Below the pieces are notes generated by a model. That model was not told where the DNA came from, made no database searches, and saw nothing but the letters and a program-made list of their open reading frames with translations. From a bacterium (GTDB lineage: Bacteria; UBP18; UBA7526), in the NCBI GenBank assembly GCA_030615855.1, contig JAUWYL010000005.1:1-57498 (forward strand): a stretch of DNA of 57,498 nt, given 5' to 3'. The translations under genes were made by a program, and so were the position numbers. How positions within the stretch are numbered: position 1 is the stretch's first letter; every line of letters starts with the position of its first letter. Of the stretch, positions 51,140 through 57,498 are shown piece by piece.

Positions 51140-51169
51140 TATTCTACCATTCGCGCGAAAGGTAGAATA
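51140..51169. promoter_or_regulatory. Extended palindrome containing copy 2 of the 17-mer
   Basis: tattctacc-a-ttcgcgcgaa-a-ggtagaata. Confidence 0.5.
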
Positions 51170-51187
51170 GATGTTCTATGCTTGTGA

Positions 51188-51217
51188 TTGACAGGATAAG
51201 AGAAAGTGTGGTAGTAT
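51188..51217 (+). promoter_or_regulatory. Sigma70-type promoter of the tRNA operon
   Basis: TTGACA-18 nt-TAGTAT, with TG extension. Confidence 0.5.
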
Positions 51218-51233
51218 AACATAGGTAATTTGC

Positions 51234-51309
51234 GGGCCGCTAGCTCATCAGGTAGAGCACCGCCCTTTTAAGGCGGGTGTGACAGGTTCGAGTCCTGTGC
51301 GGCCCACCA
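51234..51309 (+). tRNA. tRNA-Lys(TTT)
   Basis: Acceptor GGGCCGC/GCGGCCC, anticodon arm CCGCC-CTTTTAA-GGCGG, TTCGAGT loop, encoded CCA. Confidence 0.95.
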
Positions 51310-51315
51310 TAAAAT

Positions 51316-51392
51316 GTCCCCATCGTCTAGCCTGGTTAGGACACCAGGTTTTCAACCTGGCAGCAGGGGTTCAAATCCCCTTGGGGACACCA
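51316..51392 (+). tRNA. tRNA-Glu(TTC)
   Basis: Acceptor GTCCCCA/TGGGGAC, CCAGG-TTTTCAA-CCTGG, TTCAAAT loop, CCA. Confidence 0.95.
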
Positions 51393-51458
51393 ACCTACGC
51401 CAAGGCTTCGGTTGGCAGGCCAGTAAAAGGGCTTGCCCGCCGTAGCTTTAGCGAAGGC

Positions 51459-51533
51459 GGGCGCTTAGTTCAGAGGAAGAACGCTTCCCTTACAAGGAAG
51501 AGGTCGTAGGTTCAAGTCCTACAGCGCCCACCA
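51459..51533 (+). tRNA. tRNA-Val(TAC)
   Basis: Acceptor GGGCGCT/AGCGCCC, CTTCC-CTTACAA-GGAAG, TTCAAGT loop, CCA. Confidence 0.95.
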
Positions 51534-51712
51534 AAATGCGAATAATTGTGAATATAAAATGGGAATAATAAACTGGGACGCGAATACTCGCGAATTTATT
51601 CGCGTAGTTTCGCGGTTTTTTTTAGATTCGCGTTGCTTTCCGCCAAATCCGTCCGACCGTCCGGAAGAGACGGACGGACGGAGCGGACAGGCGTGTCTGA
51701 GCGGAGCGAAGA

Positions 51713-52873
51713 ATGGGAAGAGCATTCGTTACTGATGGACAATGGAGAAAGACACTTGCGGTAGTCCGTTCCTTGGGAGAGAAGGGGATTGAGGTTACCG
51801 TAGGGGAGAATACCAGATTTGCCACCACCCTTTTCTCAAGATATGCTACTAAGAAAGTAATCTATCCTTCTCCCAGAACCAAACCGGATGCTTTTATTGA
51901 TTATTTATTAGATGAGTTGAAGCAGACATCCTACGATGTTCTCTTTCCTATGGAAGAGGAAACTTTACTTCTCGTGGCAAAGAATAAAGAAAAAATTTCT
52001 AAACTTACTTATCTCTTAATTCCTGATCATGAGAAGATCGAGTTTACCCGGAATAAGAAGAATATAATTAAAAAGGCCCGGGAGTTAGATATCTCTTGCC
52101 CCAAGACCTGGTTTATTGAAGATATTGATGAAGTAGAAAGAATTGCTAAAGAGATTGAGTATCCAGTAGTGATTAAGCCCCAGGTGAGTTTCGGCTCCTA
52201 TGGTATTAAACGAGTAAGAAACGAGAAAGAATTAATCTCAAAATATAAAGAGGCTCATAAAATTTATCCTCTCCCCCTAATTCAGGAATCTATTCCCCAG
52301 GAAGGGGAAGCCTTTGGAGTGAGTGCTCTGTTCAATAAAAATTCTAAACTTCGTGCCGTCTTCGTCCATAAGAGGCTAAGGGAATACCCGGTTACTGGAG
52401 GCCCAAGTACCTTAAGAGAAAGCGTGAAAAATCCTAAAGTTCAAGAGATGAGTTTAAAATTATTGAAGGCTCTAGATTGGATAGGGGTAGCCATGGTGGA
52501 GTTTAAAGTAGACCCCAGAGATGGAGAACCGAAACTGATGGAGGTCAATCCCCGGTTCTGGGGCTCATTGCAACTTGCCATTCTATCTGGGGTGGACTTC
52601 CCGTATCTCATCTATCGGATAGCAAAGGAAGGGGATATTGAACCGGTCCTTGATTATAAGACAGAGGTAAGATGCCGCTGGATGTTCCCAGGAGATTTTC
52701 TTCATCTCTTCTCTAATCTAAGAAGGTTCAGATGGACTTCTGGCTTCTTTAATTTTAAAACAAACTATGATATATTATCCTTAAGAGACCCCGGTCCCAT
52801 TTTGGGTAGAATATTATCAGTCTATAGCCTTTTCTCCCAGAAAGAGATGAGAAGGCTATTATTCAGGAGATAG
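51713..52873 (+). CDS. ATP-grasp domain protein (carboxylate-amine ligase, surface-polysaccharide type)
   Basis: YPVVIKP, LIQESIP, AMVEFK.D, LMEVNPRFWGS. Confidence 0.85.
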   Translation: MGRAFVTDGQWRKTLAVVRSLGEKGIEVTVGENTRFATTLFSRYATKKVIYPSPRTKPDAFIDYLLDELKQTSYDVLFPMEEETLLLVAKNKEKISKLTYLLIPDHEKIEFTRNKKNIIKKARELDISCPKTWFIEDIDEVERIAKEIEYPVVIKPQVSFGSYGIKRVRNEKELISKYKEAHKIYPLPLIQESIPQEGEAFGVSALFNKNSKLRAVFVHKRLREYPVTGGPSTLRESVKNPKVQEMSLKLLKALDWIGVAMVEFKVDPRDGEPKLMEVNPRFWGSLQLAILSGVDFPYLIYRIAKEGDIEPVLDYKTEVRCRWMFPGDFLHLFSNLRRFRWTSGFFNFKTNYDILSLRDPGPILGRILSVYSLFSQKEMRRLLFRR

Positions 52874-52874
52874 C

Positions 52875-53693
52875 ATGCTCAATGCTTTGACGGTTGATGT
52901 TGAGGATTGGTATCATATCTGTGGAATGGAGGATATCTTTCCTCCTTCTAAATGGGATGAATATGAGGATCGGGTCTCAATTGGCTTAGAAAAGCTATTA
53001 GATATCCTAAGAGAAAAGAGAGTAAAGGCAACCTTTTTCATCCTGGGATATGTGGCCCAGAGGAATCCTGGGGTTGTAAGATTAATAAAGAAGGATGGTC
53101 ATGAGATCGCCACCCATGGATATGGCCATATTCAGGTTTACAGGCAGACAAAGGAAGAGTTCAGAAGAGATTTAAGGAAATCAATAGAGATTATTGAGGA
53201 GATAAACAAGAATAAGGTTATTGGTTATCGGGCACCAGAATGGTCGATAAGGAAGGATACTTACTGGGCGCTGGACATCTTAAAAGAGGAAGGCCTGGAG
53301 TACGATTCCAGCATCCTGAAGGCGAGACTCATAGGGGAACCCACAATTAATAGATACTCTCATAAGGTTAAAACAAAGAATGGAGAGATATTTGAGTTTC
53401 CTCCCACCATTATGAGGACCTTTATGGGGAATATGCCCATCGCCACTGGTTGGGGATTACGGTTTGGCATCTGGTGGGATATCAAGAGAACCGTTAGGAA
53501 TCTGAATAAAAAGGGAGTGCCAGCGCTATTCTGCATCCACCCCTGGGAGTTCGATCTGGAGCATCCCAAGGTGAAGCTTCCTTTTTGGAGGAACTTCGTC
53601 CATTATACAAAAATAAGGAGCACTTCTTATAAATTGCACAAATTGCTTGAAGAATTTGAATTTGGGCCAATAAGAAAAGTCCTCAAACTGTAA
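52875..53693 (+). CDS. Polysaccharide deacetylase (DUF3473/XrtA-associated type)
   Basis: NALTVDVEDWYH, ATFFILG, HEIATHGYGH, GYRAP, YDSS, HPWEFD. Confidence 0.88.
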   Translation: MLNALTVDVEDWYHICGMEDIFPPSKWDEYEDRVSIGLEKLLDILREKRVKATFFILGYVAQRNPGVVRLIKKDGHEIATHGYGHIQVYRQTKEEFRRDLRKSIEIIEEINKNKVIGYRAPEWSIRKDTYWALDILKEEGLEYDSSILKARLIGEPTINRYSHKVKTKNGEIFEFPPTIMRTFMGNMPIATGWGLRFGIWWDIKRTVRNLNKKGVPALFCIHPWEFDLEHPKVKLPFWRNFVHYTKIRSTSYKLHKLLEEFEFGPIRKVLKL

Positions 53694-53698
53694 ATGGG

Positions 53699-53842
53699 GG
53701 CTACAAACGGCTACAAACGGTTACTAACGGTTACGAATTTGGTTACTAACAGTTACTAAAAATTGTGGCAACCGATAGTAACCGCGAAGCATAGTAACTA
53801 ATAGTAACAGCGAAGCGTAGTAACTAGCGACTGAAGGGAGCT
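53699..53842. repeat. Inverted ~10-mer GTTACTA/TAGTAAC array, copy 3 (opposite orientation), plus GA/GA hairpin
   Basis: tagtaacagcgaagcgtagtaac at 53802-53824 is the reverse complement of 28375-28397. Confidence 0.8.
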
Positions 53843-53846
53843 TTGA

Positions 53847-54950
53847 GTGAAAGCGACTTTTCCCCATGTGGGAAGGATGGATATCTTCATAAAGGGAATG
53901 ACTAAGGCCTTAGGCATGGAGGCTGTAGTTCCTCCCACAAACTCCAAGAAGGCCTTGAACTTAGGGGTAAAGTATGCTCCGGAGTTCGTCTGCCTACCCT
54001 TCAAGTTAATGCTCGGGAATCTGATAGAGGCCTTAGAGAAAGGGGCAGATACCATTATCTTAGTCAGTGATAGAGGTCCCTGCCGTTTAGGATTATATGG
54101 ATTACCTCTACAGATCATATTAAAGAACTTAGGATATAAGTTTAATTGGGTCACTTTGGATAGCCCCCAGGCTATAAAGAGCTCCTTCCAGTTGGGGATG
54201 ATAAAGGGAGTAGAGAAGTATCGGGATAAACTTACCTTCATGGATGGATTACTCGCCTTCCACTTCGGCTGGAAGAAGATGCTCGCCACAGAAGAAATTG
54301 AGAGGCTCTCCTTAAAGATTAGACCCTATGAGATAAACAAAGGGGATACCACAAAGGTCTTCTATCAGGGGATGAGAGCAATTGAAGAGGCAGAGAATCT
54401 ATACGATCTGAAGAAAGCAAAGAATAAGGCGATAAGGAATTTGAAAAACATCTCTCAGGATAGGAGCAGAAAGCCCCTTAAGGTAGCTATCGCTGGGGAA
54501 ATCTTCGTCGTCCTGGACTCCTTCGCTAACTTGGATATTGAGAAGAAACTGGGAGAACTGGGCTGTGAGGTGGATAGAACCATATGGTTCTCCACCCATA
54601 TCTTGCATCATCTGGGACTGGATAAGTTCATGAGAAAGAGCAAGAGGAAAGCCATCCAGGCAGCAAGGCCCTATCTCAAGTATCATGTGGGTGCAGAGTG
54701 TAATGCCACCGTAGGATATGCCATTCTATATGCCAAGGAGGGATACGATGGCTTCATTCATCTTATGCCCTTCACCTGTATGCCGGAGTTTGTGGCCGGT
54801 GGGGTCTTGACCCGGGTGAGCAAGGACTATGACATTCCCATATTCACTGTGGAACTGGAGGAGCACTCCTCCCAGACCCATCTCATGACCAGATTAGAGG
54901 CCTTTGTCGAATTGTTAAAGCGGCGACGGAATCAGCGAAGTAACCAGTAA
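53847..54950 (+). CDS. 2-hydroxyacyl-CoA dehydratase-family / CoA protein activase-associated protein
   Basis: TFPHVG, APEFVCLPFK, GPCRLGLY, PFTCMPE, TRLEAFV. Confidence 0.75.
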   Translation: MKATFPHVGRMDIFIKGMTKALGMEAVVPPTNSKKALNLGVKYAPEFVCLPFKLMLGNLIEALEKGADTIILVSDRGPCRLGLYGLPLQIILKNLGYKFNWVTLDSPQAIKSSFQLGMIKGVEKYRDKLTFMDGLLAFHFGWKKMLATEEIERLSLKIRPYEINKGDTTKVFYQGMRAIEEAENLYDLKKAKNKAIRNLKNISQDRSRKPLKVAIAGEIFVVLDSFANLDIEKKLGELGCEVDRTIWFSTHILHHLGLDKFMRKSKRKAIQAARPYLKYHVGAECNATVGYAILYAKEGYDGFIHLMPFTCMPEFVAGGVLTRVSKDYDIPIFTVELEEHSSQTHLMTRLEAFVELLKRRRNQRSNQ

Positions 54951-55252
54951 CCAGTTAACAGTTTACAGTAAAAAAATAAGAGAGCATCAGATAACCAGAT
55001 TATTAGATAAAGAAAGACAGATATCAAAATACCAGGATAAAGGTGAGCTGTGGGTTATGTGTCGGGTTGTGGGGGGTGAGGGTGTAGAATATATCCCCAT
55101 CCACACAACTCACTACCCATCCCTACCCTCAATCAATCTGGGATTCTGAATTCTTATTCTGAGACTCTGATGTTCTGATAATCTATAATTTTGCTGGTTA
55201 CTGTTCGCTGGTTACTGTAAACTATCTAGACTGATCACCGTTCACTGATTAC
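54939..55252. repeat. Three-layer nested inverted-repeat region
   Basis: Outer CAGTAAC/CTGGTTA arms, middle CAGAT/TCTG arms, inner 70-bp element shared with 9246-9315. Confidence 0.75.
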
Positions 55253-55276
55253 AATATCACCTATAGGAGGTTTGAA

Positions 55277-56236
55277 ATGGATACCTATTTAGGAATCGAT
55301 GTGGGATCAATAAGTACCAATTTGGCAGTCATCGATGAGGAAAAAAGAGTTTTAGCCTGGGAGTATCTCTTGACTGGGGGAAGACCAATAGAAGCGGTTC
55401 AGAAGGGCCTGAGGGGGATGGAGAAAAAGTTTGCAAAGGGACTTGAGATAAAGGGGGTGGGCTCTACAGGGAGTGCCCGGCACCTAACCGGAATACTGGT
55501 GGGAGCAGATACGGTGAAGAGCGAGATCATTGCTCATGCCGTGGCTGCCTCCCATCTCATCCCGGAGATTAATACCATCTTCGAGATCGGGGGACAAGAT
55601 TCAAAGATCATCATCGTTCGGGATGGAGTAGTGGTGGACTTCGCCATGAATACCATTTGTGCTGCGGGCACTGGCTCCTTTCTGGACCATCAGGCCCAGA
55701 GGCTGGGAGTTCCCATAGAGGAGTTCGGGGATTTGGCTACCAGAGCAAAAGCCCCCACCAGGATCGCGGGAAGGTGCACGGTATTTGCCGAATCAGATAT
55801 GATCCATAAACAACAGACCGGACATGCTACAGAGAATATCGTGGCTGGTCTCTGTCAGGCCTTAGTGAGAAATTACTTAAATAATGTGGGCAAGGGGAAG
55901 GATATCCTTCCACCGGTCGTCTTCCAGGGGGGGGTGGCAGCGAATAAGGGAATGAAGGCTGCCTTTGAGGAGGAGCTAGGATATGAGGTTATTGTCCCAG
56001 AATATTATCATGTTATGGGAGCTATCGGTGCCGCCATACTTGCCCAGGAGACGATAGTTCAGACGAAGAAGACGAAATTCAAGGGCTTTAAGGTGAGTGA
56101 GGTAGATTATAAGACCCGCTCCTTCGAATGTACCGGCTGCCCCAACCTCTGCGAGGTAATTGAGGTCTTGATGAATGGAGAGGTTATCTCAAGATGGGGG
56201 GATCGGTGCGGAAAGTGGGAGGTGTTGGAAAAGTGA
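55277..56236 (+). CDS. Acyl-CoA dehydratase activase (BadF/BadG/BcrA/BcrD ATPase)
   Basis: GIDVGSIST, EIGGQDSK, CAAGTGSF, RCTVFAES, C-terminal CTGCPNLC. Confidence 0.9.
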   Translation: MDTYLGIDVGSISTNLAVIDEEKRVLAWEYLLTGGRPIEAVQKGLRGMEKKFAKGLEIKGVGSTGSARHLTGILVGADTVKSEIIAHAVAASHLIPEINTIFEIGGQDSKIIIVRDGVVVDFAMNTICAAGTGSFLDHQAQRLGVPIEEFGDLATRAKAPTRIAGRCTVFAESDMIHKQQTGHATENIVAGLCQALVRNYLNNVGKGKDILPPVVFQGGVAANKGMKAAFEEELGYEVIVPEYYHVMGAIGAAILAQETIVQTKKTKFKGFKVSEVDYKTRSFECTGCPNLCEVIEVLMNGEVISRWGDRCGKWEVLEK

Positions 56237-56240
56237 AAGT

Positions 56241-56328
56241 AGGCTACAGGCTGCAGGCCACATGCTACAGGCTGCAAAAACTTGAAGCCTGGGGCTTGAG
56301 GCTTGAGGCTTGAGAGAGCGGAGCGAAC
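56241..56328. repeat. CAGGCTR / GCTTGAG heptamer arrays plus GA/GA hairpin variant
   Basis: aggctac-aggctgc-aggccac-atgctac-aggctgc ... gcttgag x3, then gagagcggagcgaac. Confidence 0.7.
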
Positions 56329-56329
56329 G

Positions 56330-57313
56330 ATGGCCATCAAAGTAGGCATTCCCAGGGCCCTTTTATACTATCGTCTCTATCCTTTTTGGAAGACATTCTT
56401 CAGTTCTTTAGGAATAGAGGTAATAGTCTCGGGCAGGACCACTAAGAAATTATTGAAAGAAGGCCTGAAGTATGCGCCGGATGAGGCCTGCCTATCGATA
56501 AAGGTAGCCTTCGGCCATGTGCAAGACCTAATGGACAAGGTGGACTATCTCTTTCTACCAAGATTGGTAAGCCTGGAAAGGGGGACCTACATCTGCCCCA
56601 AGTTCATCGGCTTTCCGGATATGATAAGGAGTGCTTTTGATAACCTCCCCCTTTTAATCGATACCTCCTTTAACCTGAGGAGAAGGCCAAGCAATTTATT
56701 TTTTCCTATGTATCGGGTAGGAAGAATCTTTAAAAGGTCCTTTCTTTCCATCTATGGGGCATATAAGAAGGCTTTAGAGGAGGAATCTAAATACCTATCA
56801 TCTCTTCGTAAAGGCAACCTACTTCCCGGGGTCCTTTCTAGTTGGGAAAAGAAAAGAGCTCTCAGACCATCCAATCCCAAAGGGAATCTCTGCATCGCTT
56901 TAGTCGGCCATCCCTATAATCTCTATGACTCCTTTGTCAATCTCAATATCATTAAGAAGTTAGAGGATCTGGGTGCCAGAGTAATTACCCCGGAGATGGT
57001 GTCTCCTCTCGAGATTAAGAAAGAAGCAGACAAGATTCCCCAGGAGGTCTACTGGAGCCTGGGAAGAGAAATCGTGGGAGCGAGCTTCTATCTCCTGGAA
57101 TCGAAGTCCATAGATGGTATGATTCACCTGGGCTCCTTTGGCTGTGGTCCGGACTCCTTCCTAAGGGAATTGATAGCTGATAGAGCAAGAAAGCATCAAG
57201 AGATCGCCTATCTCTCCCTCATCCTTGATGAGCATACTGGGGAGGCAGGAATAGTCACAAGATTAGAGGCCTTCATTGATTTGATTCAGCGGAGACGAAT
57301 GCTCAAGAGTTAA
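56330..57313 (+). CDS. Acyl-CoA dehydratase activase-related protein (DUF2229-type)
   Basis: VGIPRALLYY, ACLSIK, CPKFIGFPD, GHPYN, FGCGPD, DEHTGEAG..TRLEAF. Confidence 0.8.
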   Translation: MAIKVGIPRALLYYRLYPFWKTFFSSLGIEVIVSGRTTKKLLKEGLKYAPDEACLSIKVAFGHVQDLMDKVDYLFLPRLVSLERGTYICPKFIGFPDMIRSAFDNLPLLIDTSFNLRRRPSNLFFPMYRVGRIFKRSFLSIYGAYKKALEEESKYLSSLRKGNLLPGVLSSWEKKRALRPSNPKGNLCIALVGHPYNLYDSFVNLNIIKKLEDLGARVITPEMVSPLEIKKEADKIPQEVYWSLGREIVGASFYLLESKSIDGMIHLGSFGCGPDSFLRELIADRARKHQEIAYLSLILDEHTGEAGIVTRLEAFIDLIQRRRMLKS

Positions 57314-57419
57314 CAGTTTACAGCGAACAGTTAACAGTGAAAAAACTGGTTACTGTACACTGGTTACTGGTTACTCTCCGAACGGAGCCCTGAACCGTAC
57401 GGTTCAGGGCGGAGCGGGG
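57309..57419. repeat. Inverted CAGTTAA/CTGGTTA arrays plus a hairpin interrupted by a 24-bp palindrome
   Basis: gttaaca-gtttaca-gcgaaca-gttaaca ... ctggtta-ctgtaca-ctggtta-ctggtta; palindrome gccctgaaccgtacggttcagggc. Confidence 0.8.
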
Positions 57420-57423
57420 AACT

Positions 57424-57498
57424 ATGAAACCAACTTTCCCTCACATGGGAACCATTGGGGTTCTGGGCGAAGCCATCCTCAGGCGCTTTGGCCGGGAG
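57424..57498 (+). CDS. Start of a paralog of the 53847 CoA-activase-associated protein (truncated by the window end)
   Basis: MKPTFPHMG versus MKATFPHVG. Confidence 0.7.
   Translation, partial: MKPTFPHMGTIGVLGEAILRRFGRE

Noticed and set aside
51279-51509. 76-aa ORF
   Set aside because: It overlaps three tRNA genes.
51234-51533. Prophage or integrative element at the tRNA cluster
   Set aside because: No integrase and no duplicated tRNA 3' end were seen in the window.

Overview
A 57.5-kb chromosomal segment from a diderm, probably anaerobic bacterium (it encodes a secretin, an outer-membrane beta-barrel, an AOR and dehydratase activases; the taxon cannot be determined from the sequence). Every credible gene lies on the + strand. 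Gene order: (i) an envelope/type IV pilus-secretin locus; (ii) an expanded DNA-uptake locus with 5 ComEA-like HhH proteins, 2 stand-alone ComEC-type metallo-beta-lactamase-fold proteins and a full ComEC; (iii) directly downstream, a nucleotide/nucleobase catabolic cluster (dcd, DUF2877, fdrA, PRTase-like, DUF1116, AOR, cytosine deaminase-like, cyclase, nucleoside phosphorylase); (iv) housekeeping genes polA-coaE-rho-rpmE-prfA-prmC-murA, partial his and trp operons, leuD, an isocitrate/isopropylmalate dehydrogenase and purA; (v) an ArsR regulator, tRNA-Lys/Glu/Val, ATP-grasp, polysaccharide deacetylase and a CoA-dehydratase activase cluster. The most striking unexplained structure is non-coding. 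Most larger intergenic gaps hold degenerate 7-10-nt tandem repeats arranged as inverted arms, sometimes nested, and twice associated with a four-helix-bundle (23S rRNA IVP/bAvd-like) gene. They frequently end in a covarying GA/GA mini-hairpin that supplies the Shine-Dalgarno sequence. Two further families of tiny inverted-repeat elements with 4-5-bp flanking duplications are inserted mainly at start or stop codons. Product calls come from motif recognition only; no database searches were run.
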